From Flaccisagitta enflata (lineage: Eukaryota), in contig OZ231126.1 of assembly GCA_965153355.1 (NCBI GenBank), positions 8,122,001-8,186,000 on the forward strand: a stretch of 64,000 nt of DNA, in the 5' to 3' direction. A program made the position numbers and the translations under genes. Positions 13,691-25,222 of this stretch are shown here, piece after piece; position 1 is the first letter of the stretch, and each line of letters opens with the position of its first letter. Under the pieces are notes generated by a model. The model was not told where the DNA came from, searched no databases, and saw nothing but the letters and a program-made list of their open reading frames with translations.

Positions 13691-16380
13691 CTGACATGCT
13701 TACATTTCAGTTGTTAAAGCTGTTCATTACTTTGTTTTTAGAGATCAAGCTTATGAAAAGCGAATGGTGGAGATTGCACTGTTATAGTAGTGGCATATTT
13801 GGTTCTTGCTTGACTCGTTGTACAACGTGGGAAAAGAGAAAAATGAAACATAGAAAGCCAAATTTTCGAGTGTATTCAACTATTCTTAATCATGGCAAAC
13901 AGAAGAAAGAGATACCAGGGGCTCACCTGATCAGTCTCTTTGGCTGATCAGCCTCTCTCTCTCCATCTCTGTCCATTTCACGCCTTTCCATTCATCCATT
14001 GTATCCATTGTCTCTCTCCCTCCATCTCATATCACATTTTTGTCGATCTAATGTCAGTGTCCACCCCCCCTAAAGCCCCAAATCAGGCCTCTAAGACCTC
14101 AAAGCAGGCCTCTCAGACCTCAAATCAGGCCTCTCAGACCCCAAATCAGGCCTCTCAGACCCCAAATTAGGCTTCTCAGACCCCAAATCAGGTCTCTCAG
14201 ACCTCAAAGCAGGCCTCTAAGACCTCAAATCCGGCCTATTAGATCCCAAATCAGGCCTCTCAGACCTCAAATCAGGCCTCTCAGACCCCAAATCAGGCCT
14301 CTCGGATTCAAAGTCAGGCCTCTCGGATTCAAAATCAGGCCTCCCAGACCCCAAATCAGGCCTCCCAGACCCCAAATCAGGCCTCTCAAACTACAAATAA
14401 AGCATCTGGGATCACAAATCAGGCCTCTCAGACCACATATCAGGCCTCTTAGGCCCCAACTCAGGCCTTTGGACCTCTTATCAGGCCTCTCAGACCCCAA
14501 ATCCGGCCTCTCAAACTACAAATCAGGCATCTGGGATCCCAAATCAGGCCGCTCAGACCCCAAATCAGGCCTCTCAGACCTCTTTTCAGGCTTCTTAAGC
14601 CTTAACTCAGGCCTCCCAGACCTCTTATCAGGTCTCTCACACCCCAGATCAGACCTTATGGACCTCAGATCAGACCTTTCAGACCTAAGATCATGCCTCC
14701 CAAAACCAAATTGCCCTGTGTGGAATCATAGGTCATCGACCCCTCCAGGGCCGCTGCCCCATTACCCCAACACTACAATACTAAATGATATCAATGGGGC
14801 ATCGGGAACCGCTGACCATAATGACGCTTGAGCGGCCTGTTGTATCTCTTTCTTCTGTTTGCCATGATTAAGAGTAGTTGAATACACTCGATAATTCGGC
14901 TTTATATGTTTCATTTTTCTCTTTTCCCATGTTGTACGACGAGTCAAGCAAGAACCAAATATGAAAAGCAAAGTGGAGTATTGTGGTGCATGTTAACAAA
15001 GTGAATGGTGGTTCTTGTTTTTAGGCAGCAGCCCCGAAAGGAATGAAGTCCTTTAGAACACAGAGGAACTTTCCTTCGTCCATTTGTTTGTTTGTGAACC
15101 CCCCCCCCATCAAGCCCCAGGCTCCAAGCCTAATCTGCCCTCTTGGGCCTCAAATTATGCATCCCAGGCCCAAAATTGGCCTTCTCAGGTCCCAAACTCA
15201 GCTGTCATAGGCCTCTCAGGCCTCTTTTAGTCCTCTTAGGCCTCATATCAGCTTGTTTGGGCAGCGGCCCTGAAGGGGACAGTGTCCTGTAGAACACAGG
15301 GGACTTTTGTTTATTTGTCAGTCCATTCGTCTGACCATTCACCCCCCCCAGCCTCGAGGCTCAAATCCCAGCCTGGAGGCTCAAATCCCAGCACTGAGGC
15401 TCAAATCCCAGCCTCGAGGCCAAATCCCAGCCTCCATGCTCAAATCCAAGCCTCAAGGCTCAAATCCCAGCCTCAGGGCTCAAATCCCAGCTTCAGGGCT
15501 CAAATTCCAGCCTCAAGGCTCAAATCCCAGCCTCAAGGTTTAAATCATTGCCTCACAAATCCAATTGGGGAGAAGTCACCCTGTGTTCTACAGGACATTG
15601 TCCCCTTTGGGCCCACTGCCCTGCTGACCATCACCCACAATCACCAATATGCAAAGCAGGGCAACAGTATTGCTGACCACACATTGCCCTTGGGCGACCT
15701 GTTCAAGCCCTCAAATCTGCCCTCTTAATCCTCAAATCATCCATCAACTAGTAGCCCAGGGGGGAATATAAGGTCAGTGATACCCTTGCCCTGCTTTGTT
15801 GGGCAGTGGTACCAAAAGGCGGGTGTCCTGTAGGACACGGGGGGTGAATTTCCAGACATCTGTTCTTTTATCCATCCTTCCGTGCGTCCCCCTCCTCCCC
15901 CATTTGACATCTGAGCCCTATGTCAGCTCTTCCAGGCCTGATTTTAGCCCTCCAAGCCCTTGAACTAGCCTTACCAGACCTCAATTTAGCCCTCCAGGCC
16001 TCAAATCAGCCCTTTAGGCTTCAAGCATGCTCCCCCCTCTTCAGGACATCAGCCCTTTAGGGCCGCTGCCCCACTCTCACTCCACTACTTCACTTGATCA
16101 CTGCAAGCAAAGCATCGGGTACCACTGACCATGTGCGATCTTTAAGTGACTAGTTTGACTTTGTATCTGAGGGGGGGGGGAAAGCAGGGCAGCAGCCCTG
16201 AAGGGGACAAAGTCCTGTAGAACACAAGTGGAATTTTGTTTATGCCTCTCTCCATGCGTCCTTCCATCCATCCATGATTTGAGGTCATGCAAGGCAGAAT
16301 TGGAGTCCTTGCAGGATGATAAGAGGCCTGAAAGGGCTTGTAAGAGGCTGATTCAAGGCCTGAGAGGGCTGATGTGATTT
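13112..16380. mobile_element. Cluster of family C copies: 13112-13594, ~13940-14841, 15019-, 15256-15703, 15799-16155, and a reverse partial at ~16180-16380
   Basis: Repeated GGGCAGCGGCCC / GTCCTGTAG(A/G)ACAC termini, CAGGGCA...GCTGACCA tails and 21-bp internal arrays. Confidence 0.75.
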
Positions 16381-16853
16381 ATCGTATTTTAAATCAGAAA
16401 ACATAAGACAGAGCTAAATGAGCTAAATGAGCTAGAATGCACAAAAACACCCTAACAGATGACCAGCTATACTCACAAACAAAGTTTTCTGTATTTGCAT
16501 GCCCAAACAAAAACTTGAATACATTCCTTTATTGATCCTACACAATATCATTAAAAATAAAAAAAAATTCAATGAATTTTTTTCATAAAAAAATCTTTAA
16601 AAATTCTTAACTTGAAAAATATGTGTCATACAGAATTCTGCTTGGCGCCAAATGAAAGAGAATTATCAGATTTACTCACTCCATAAATTTCATTGGAGGC
16701 CGCAATCAATCGGATGAGTTCCTCAACTTCCGCATAAGAAAATGAAAACCATGTTTCTCCTGAATATGTTAAAAGTAAAGGACTGACTTCAACTTTTTTC
16801 CCGACAAGGTCATCACATGTAGGTGTGCAGGTGTGCCCACTTACACACACACA

Positions 16854-16938
<85 letters not shown>

Positions 16939-17908
16939 CTGAGGCGTCTTAAGTGCACGATTTTGCATTTTTCAACTTAGGCATATTGGACCAATCAATG
17001 GACTGATGGACTGACCTATGGACAGACAAACGGGCAGAAAAAGCCTCCTGTAGCGTCGTGAGCTAGCAACTAGAAATCTTATGCATTTTCTGATGGTTTC
17101 CAGATCTAAAGAATGTACTTGGAAATCATTGATGACTGATATCCTCCGGTAAGCATGAAAAAAAATCAAGCAACATACTGCCCAAACAGAGGTTGGATAA
17201 CAACAAGGAATAATCAATTTTTTGCCTTCAAAAAAATTTCCCAGCGGTGATTGGTGTTCCACAAGTGGTATATGACACTTCTGCACCGATCGCGACTCTG
17301 GGCACTCAAAACTGTCTTTGTCTATGTATCGTGACACTGTGACCAATCTGGGATTTGTAGCTCAACCCGTTCAGAAATGAGAGCAATTTACAAAAAAAAC
17401 AGTCACAAAAAACAGCCTTTTTTGGCAGAATCTGCCCTTCAATTCATATGCATCAATCAGATCAAAAGAAAAGAAAAAGTCCTTGGGATTTCTCATCAAA
17501 AATCTGCAAACTCATATCTTCCAAGTGTTTTTTTCAGATTATAGCTAACTCTTCTACTTTTTGTGCTATTTCCTCATCTTTTGTTACAGTTTAGAAAAAT
17601 CATGTCTTCCAAGTGTTTTTTTCAGATTATAGCTAACTCTTGTACTTTTTGTGCTATTTCCTCATCTTTTGTAACAGTTTAGAAAAATCATTCTGTATAT
17701 AATCAAAATTACATAGGGCCTATGTGATATAAGAAGAAAATAATCTGCTTAGAATTGAAAGAATTTAGCAGGGGCAAATCTGAATTTGATCTGCCCGAAG
17801 ACGCATTTCTAATTAAACTTGCAGACCGGAAAAATTACTAAAACTTTTCGTACAAATAAATATCTTAAAGAACGGAACAAATTCTTTTCACAACTTTTTC
17901 CCCTTTTC

Positions 17909-17979
<71 letters not shown>

Positions 17980-17996
17980 CGCATCTCTCTTAAGCT

Positions 17997-18089
<93 letters not shown>

Positions 18090-18270
18090 GAGACAGAGAT
18101 AGACAGAGAAGAAGGTGAAGAGAAGGAAAAAGAAAGAAAGATAGAAAGAAAGAAAGAAAGATAGACAGAAGCAAGGAAAGAAAGATGCCCTCAGGAGAAA
18201 ACTTTGCCGGCATTTTACATATAAATAACCTATAAATGAGACTAATTTAGTGAAGAGAGAGAGAGAGAGA

Positions 18271-18413
<143 letters not shown>

Positions 18414-18546
18414 TAAAGGAGATAAAAAGTAAGAAGGGAAGGACCATTTTCAGCATTGAAAGTATTTCAATTCTTTTTAAATAAATAGTAGTGTGTTGAT
18501 GAGGAGGAAAAAAATGGGGTGGAGGAAAAGAGGAGGAGGAGAAGAT

Positions 18547-18577
<31 letters not shown>

Positions 18578-19004
18578 AAGAAGGAGAAGAAGCAGAAGAA
18601 GAAGAAGAAGAAGAAGAAGAAGAAGAAGAAGAAGAAGAAGAAGAAGAAGAAGAAGAAGAAGAAGAAGAAGAAGAGGGGGAAGAAGGAGAGGGAGAAGATG
18701 GTTTACCTCTATTCCGTCTGACTGTCGCCTAATTTCTGTCTCACTTGATCTTTTGAAAATAAACTTCTTCACTTTTTTGGCAATCTATGCTCACCTTTTT
18801 CTAAAGGGGGGCCGCGACCCCGAAAAGGACACAGTCCTGTGAAACACATTGCCTTCCAGAGGTGAAATTGGATATGTCAGTTATGAAAAAGATTATATGA
18901 AATGCTGATACTTTCAGTGGAATGTTTTGTGAGATATTTGGATGAGAAATCAAATAATTGCTCAGTTGGTCCTTTTCTCTTACCTTGACTTGGTCTTTGA
19001 ACTA

Positions 19005-19272
19005 GGACGTGTTCCAGGGAGCCCCAAAAATGTGTTTCTTCCTATGAAACACATTCACAGCGTGAACAAATATTCAAGCATTTCAACTGTCCCACAAGGG
19101 AGTGAGCAAAGTGAGTGAGCAAGCCTGTGAACGGAGTGAGCGAGCAAAGATAGCACTGCGATGTGGAGTGCTGCAGAGCGAGTGAGCGGAGTGAGCGGTG
19201 CGAGCGAACGGACGCAGTGAGTGACCGAGTGGCCCATTAAAGACATGATTATCTGTGACTAGAAACACATCC
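19005..19272. mobile_element. Family D MITE copy
   Basis: Colinear with 5156-5424 along its length. Confidence 0.8.
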
Positions 19273-20232
19273 TTAGTTCCTCATCTGATATAGTTTTACC
19301 TTCAATCCTCCATCATTGACTACAGCAGGGCAACGGGTGTTGCTTACCACATAGTGCCCTTGGGCGATACGACTGGTATCACTTTCTCCTACTTTTTTTG
19401 TCTTTTATATTTTTCCTCTGACCTTGTTTTTTTTTTCTTCGTTCATTTCCTTCCCCTGCGTTCGCTCCGAACTTTACCTCCTTGCTGTTACTATCTAGGC
19501 GGAAAAAAATCTTTCGACCTGTAACAGAAATGTATTCATTGATGTATAAATAAAAACAAATCAGTTGCAAATTAATCAATAATTAGTGAGAGCTCCCTTT
19601 GACTGAATCAGGGCCGTCCTTTGTTGGGGAAGTAATTTGTAGAGCTTCTTGAGGTACTCTGGAGTGACGGCCTTCTGGATCTTTCTCGCGATTTATTTTT
19701 ATCTCTTCTTCTGCTACATTTAGACTTTTAGCTTCCACAAGACTCATCAAATCATAAAAAAATTGGTGACATAAAGGAAACCCTTTGAATTTGCAAGCAG
19801 GCAACGCAAACCGCATCTGTCTAGCTCAACGCGTTTAGAAGTAATTAAAAAAAGAGTAAAAGTGATACCATCAGAAGATTGAGCAAAAATGGCAAAAGCT
19901 AAATTGAAGTAATGCAATCAATGGTTCCTTCGTCAGACTCAAAGCCAGTCACAGACTGGCGTATCTGCTAGGACACCAAAAAAGTATCCAATCAAAGTTG
20001 AATAACTTTTGAACAGAAAAAGCTAGAGAGATGCTGTTTGCGTCAATCTCTTGCAAATTTGAAGAGCTTCAATTATCTCACCAATTTTTTGATGATTGGT
20101 TGATCCTAACCTGAGATATGCATGTAAACGTGCCGAAACATTTTTTCCGCCAAGATAGTAGTGTTAATCTTTTTATATCAGATTTGCCAACCCGGACTAG
20201 TTAAGTTATGCTGAGAGCAGGAAAGAAGGCCT

Positions 20233-21325
20233 AACAGGTCGCCCTAGGGCAATATGTGGTCAGCGATACCCGTTGCCCTGCTTTGAGTGATTGTGAATTG
20301 GAGTGAGAGAAAGCAGGGCAGCGGCCCCAAAGGGGACAAAGTCCTGTAGAACACAGGGGGACTTTCGTTCGTCCTGCCTGAAGAAGGGGATGAGATGCTA
20401 TAGAGGGCTGACTGAAGGCCTTCAAGAGCCTAAACTGAGGTCAAAGAAGGCTGATGTAAGGCCTGAGAATGCCAATCGGAAGCTTAAGAGGGCTGATTTG
20501 AGGCTTGAGAGAGCTGGATTAGGGCTTGAAAGGTCAGAGGACTGATTTGAAGCCTGAGAGCAATAAATTGAGGCTTAGATAGCTGATTTGAGGCTTGAGA
20601 GGCCTAGTTTGAGGCCTGAGAGGCCAGGTTTGAGGCCTAAGAGGTTGGATTTGAGGCCTGAGAGGCCGGATTTGAGGCCTGAGAGGCTGGATTTGAGGCC
20701 TGACAGGCTGAGTTTGAGGCCTGAGATGCCAGATTTGAGGTCTCAGAGGCCAGATTTGAGGCTTGAAGGGCCTGATGAGGGGGGGGACGAACGAACGGAC
20801 GAACGAACGGACGGACGAACGAAAGTCCCCCTGTGTTCTACAGGACTTCGTCCCCTTTGAGGCCGCTGCCCAAAAAGGGACAGGTATCTTAATTTGCTCA
20901 TTATTCTGAGTTTGTTGTTGCCTTGGGAATCATCTTTTTTCCCCGATCGATCATAATCGCTGAACTTTCGATGTTTTGGTCAGATGTGCTATAGAAGCAA
21001 TGCTCAATATCCAACCTGCAGCCAGTTTCCCACAGCATGAAAAGAAGAACTTGGGAAGTGGAGCACTTTTAACCATTTAAAGAGAGAGGAAAGTCATTCC
21101 CTTTGGAGCATTTTTACCAAAAATTCTCATCCTGTCTGGTTTGAGGCCTGATTGGAAAGGTTTAAGGCTTGTGAGGGCGGATTTTATGCCTGAGGGCAGA
21201 TTTGAGGTGTCAGAAGCCCAGTTTGAGGCCTGAGGGGGGGGGGACGAAAGAACGAACGGATGCACGAACGAAAGTCCCCCTATGTTCTACAGGACCTCGT
21301 CTCCATCGGGGCCGCTGCCCAAAAA
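20233..21325 (-). mobile_element. Family C copies: complete 20233-20876 and partial ~21135-21325
   Basis: Same termini in reverse; (GATTTGAGGCCTGAGAGGCCG)-like 21-bp array. Confidence 0.8.
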
Positions 21326-21704
21326 GGTGCACTCGATGAAGCGGTGGCTGATTTGACCAGAGTGTGACCGACGAACTAACCCACTGACCGACGTTACGGA
21401 CCGACCAACTGACCAATGGACCGACCCACTGACCGACGGACCGACCAACAGAGTGTCAATTTAGAAATTACAATTTCACTTCACAAGACAAGAATCAGAC
21501 AAGCCTTTGGACGGATGAATCTACACGGTATGTGAAATGTCCGTTCTTCATGCCGATGAGAGGGACGATCACGAGCGAAGGTTAGGTTGAAATTCTGATA
21601 CTCATTTTCATGAAAAAGCTCTTCAGATTTGTAGATACAACATAACGATCACTCTCCACTGCCTGTCTCCACCGCGTCAGCCCACTGAATCGGCCTTTCA
21701 CCCG

Positions 21705-22140
21705 GTCACTCACTCACATACTCACTCACTCAGTCACTTACTCACTAACTCACTCACTCACTCAATCACTCACACACTCACTCACTCACTCACTAAACAA
21801 CTCACTCACTCACTCACTCACTCAGTCACTTACTCACTAACTCACTCACTCAATCACTCACACACTCACTCACTCACTCACTCACTCACTCACTCACTCA
21901 CTCACTCACTCACTAAACAACACTCACTCACTCACTCACTCACTCACTCACTCACTCACTCACTCACTCACTCACTCACTAAACAACCCACTCAATCACT
22001 CAGTCACTCACTCTTTCACTCACTCGCTCACTCGCTCATCAACTCACTGACTCACTCACTGACTCACTGACTCACTCACTGACTCACTCGCTATACAACT
22101 CACTGACTCACTCACTGACTCACCACCTCCCTCATTCACT
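21705..22140. repeat. Degenerate (CACT)n microsatellite
   Basis: Read directly from the sequence. Confidence 0.9.
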
Positions 22141-22424
22141 CTTTATCTTGGTAAATCCATTCCTTTGTATTCTGCTTGTCAGAAGGTCACTGACTGAATC
22201 TTCAAAAAATCCATCGATTAGAAAAAAGGATTCCCTCTAATACAGTTGATTGTAAAAAAAAAAAAAAGAAAAGAAGCGGAATTGACAATTTTGAGAATAA
22301 GAAAAAAAATGATAAAAAAAAGGATGAACAAAAAATCACTTTCTTTGACGAATTAACGATTTTGTTGAAAAGGGATTTTTCTAAGCAAGGAAACGACAAA
22401 AGAAAAAAGACACAAATGGAATGA

Positions 22425-24330
22425 TGGGTGGGTGGGTGGGTTGATGGGTGGATGGATAGATGAATGGAAAGATGGATAAATGAGTGGTTGGGTGGATGTA
22501 TGGATGAATGGAAAGATGGATAAATGAGTGGGTGGGTGGATGTATGGAAGAATGGAAAGATGGATAAATGAGTGGTTGGGTGGATGTATGGATGAATGGA
22601 AAGATGGATAAATGAGTGGTTGGGTGGATGTATGGATGAATGGAAAGATGGATAAATGAGTGGGAGGGTGGATGAATGGATGAATGGAATGATGCATAAA
22701 TGAGTGGGTGGGTGGATGTATGGATGAATGGAAAGATGGATAGATGAGTGGGTGGGTGGATGTATGGATGAATGGAAAGATGGATAGATGAGTGGGTGGG
22801 TGGATAAATGGAAGAATGGAAAGATGAAAAAATGAGTGGGTAGGTGGATGAATGGAGGAATGGAAAGATGGATAAATGAGTGGGTGGGTGGATGAATGGA
22901 TGAATGGAATGATGCATAAATGAGTGGGTGGGTGGATGTATGGATGAATGGAAAGATGGATAGATGAGTGGGTGGGTGGATAGATGGAAGAATGGAAAGA
23001 TGGAAAAATGAGTGGGTAGGTGGATGAATGGATGAATGGAAAGATGGATAAATGAGTGGGTGGATGTATGGATGAATGGAAAGATGCATAAATGAGTGGG
23101 TGGGTGGATGAATGGATGAATGGAAAGATGGATAGATGAGTGGGTGGGTGGATGCATGGAAGAATGGAATGATGCAAAAATGAGTGATGGGTGGTTGAAT
23201 GGATGAATGGAAAGATGGATATATGAGTGGGTAGGTGGATGAATGGATGAATGGAAAGATGGATAAATGAGTGGGTGGCTGGATGTATGGATGAATGGAA
23301 AGATGGATAAATGAGTGGGTGGGTGGATGAATGGATGAATGGAAAGATGGATAAATGAGTGGGTGGGTGGATGAATGGATGAATGGAAAGATGGATAAAC
23401 GAGTGGGTGGGTGGATGAATGGATGAATGGAAAGATGGATAAATGAGTGGATGGGTGGATGGATGGATGAATGGGAAGATGAATAAATGAGTGGGTGGAT
23501 GGATGAATGGATGAATGGAAAGATGGATAAATGAGTGGGTGGGTGGATGAATGGATGAATGGAAAGATGGATAGATGAGTGGGTGGGTGGATGAATGGAT
23601 GAATGGAAAGATGGATGGATGAGTGGATGGGTGGATGAATGGAAGAATGGAATGATGTATAAATGAGTGGGTGGGTGGATGAATGGATGAATGGAAAGAT
23701 GGATAAATGAGTGGGTGGGTGGATGAATGGATGAATGGAAAGATGGATAAATGAGTGGGTGGGTGGATGAATGGAAAGATGGATAAATGAGTGGGTGGGT
23801 GGATGCATGGAAGAATGGAAAGATGCATAAATGAGTGGGTGGGTGGATGTATGGATGAATGGAAAGATGGATAGATGAGTGGGTGGGTGGATAAATGGAA
23901 GAATGGAAAGATGGATAAATGAGTGGGTGGGTGGATGAATGGATGAATGGAAAGATGGATAAATGAGTGGTTGGCTGGATGAATGGATGAATGGAAAGAT
24001 GGATAAATGAGTGGGTGGGTGGATGTATGGATGAATGGAAAGATGGATAGATGAGTGGGTGGGTGGATAAATGGATGAATGGAAAGATGGATAAATGAGT
24101 GGGTGGCTGGATGAATGGATGAATGGAAAGATGGATAAATGAGTGGTTGGCTGGATGAATGAATGCATGGAAAGATGGATAAATGAGTGGGTGGATGGAT
24201 GAATGGATGAATGGAAAGATGGATAAATGAGTGGGTGGGTGGATGGATGGTTGAATAAAAGGATGGATAATTGAGTGGGTGGATGGATGGTTAAAAAGAA
24301 GGATGGAGTGGATGGGTGGATGAATGGTGA
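22425..24330. repeat. 44-bp minisatellite, ~43 units
   Basis: Unit GGATGAATGGATGAATGGAAAGATGGATAAATGAGTGGGTGGGT. Confidence 0.95.
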
Positions 24331-24443
24331 GATGAGAGACCACAATAATGAATACACATTTGAACCCCGCAAAAGCGGTTGTCAAGGGACTAACAAATTG
24401 TATATGTCATAGGCGGATTTCTGTTGTGGCCATCAAATGAGAT

Positions 24444-24571
24444 AACAAGCCCATCCGGGCAACTCGATGCGTCATCCGAATGATTTTCGAACATGCGTAA
24501 TGGAGAGACGGACATGCGGACGGACGGACAAACAGACCCGCTTATAGAGATGCGATGACACATCTTAAAAG
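24444..24571 (-). mobile_element. Family B-related HINE inserted in a pogo-like MITE remnant (~24357-24600)
   Basis: AACAAGCCCATCCGGGC...AGAGATGCGATGACACATCTTAAAA; the flanks match the 11229 MITE. Confidence 0.6.
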
Positions 24572-24895
24572 AAATTACATGAAGGGACTAAGAATTTATT
24601 TTGAATTGCGTTAAACCAATAACTATAACAAAGATTAGTGTTTATTCTTTCCCTTTTTTTAGATAACCAGGATATCTTTTATGTGGGAGATGCGGACTGC
24701 TCAAGATTGACGAAAACATCGAGAATATTGATGTGACGGTAAAAAAAAAACAAAACAAAAAAAAAAAAAAAAAAAAAAAAAAAACAAAAAAACAAGATTG
24801 ACAGAATATCGATGTTGAGATTAAAGGTTGAGGGTTGACTTTGGGGCGGATGTCTGAGGTGAGATCACGTGAATGTAGGTAATGCTCAGTTGCTA

Positions 24896-25064
24896 ACCCT
24901 CAAGCCGAGGGCCTCAACCCTCAACTGTAAGGCTCACCCTCAAGCCGAGGTCCTCAACCTTCAACTGTAAGGCTCACCCTCAAGCCGAGGGCCTCAACCC
25001 TCAACTGTAAGGTTGACCCTCAAGCCGAGGGCCTCAACCCTCAACTGTAAGGCTCACCCTCAAC
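24896..25064. repeat. 40-bp minisatellite x4
   Basis: Unit ACCCTCAAGCCGAGGGCCTCAACCCTCAACTGTAAGGCTC. Confidence 0.9.
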
Positions 25065-25222
25065 CGTCTTTCTTCTTGATGGTCACTGACGTTCACACCT
25101 GTCCGTCATTTACATGATTTTCACGATGACATTTGTCTGTTTTTTATATGATTTAAATGATGACGCTTGCGTTTGTTTGTTTGTCTGTCTATGTTTTTAT
25201 TCGCGGACACGCGACTCTACAC

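Larger units (their letters stand above)
10750..17695. mobile_element. ~6.9-kb foldback structure with CAG termini and TA flanks (Tc1/mariner-like), heavily nested
   Basis: TA-CAGTATGATTTTTCTGAACTGTTACAAAAGATGA at left; TCATCTTTTGTAACAGTTTAGAAAAATCATTCTG-TA at right. Arms ~11435-12350 and ~16390-17340 are closely similar inverted copies; inner inverted pair at 13794-13915 / 14842-14963. Confidence 0.7.

Noticed and set aside
20771..20826. CTGATGAG...CGAAA hammerhead-like core (also CTGATGAG at ~62687)
   Set aside because: The required stems cannot be drawn and the motif is not conserved in other family C copies.
20588..20860. Heptad-like LRPERPD ORFs (also 14267-14831 and 15282-15728)
   Set aside because: These are translations of the 21-bp internal repeats of family C elements.
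22202..24385. 727/663/491-aa ORFs rich in H/P/S/I/F
   Set aside because: All three frames are open only because the 44-bp satellite lacks stops on that strand; the unit length is not a multiple of 3.
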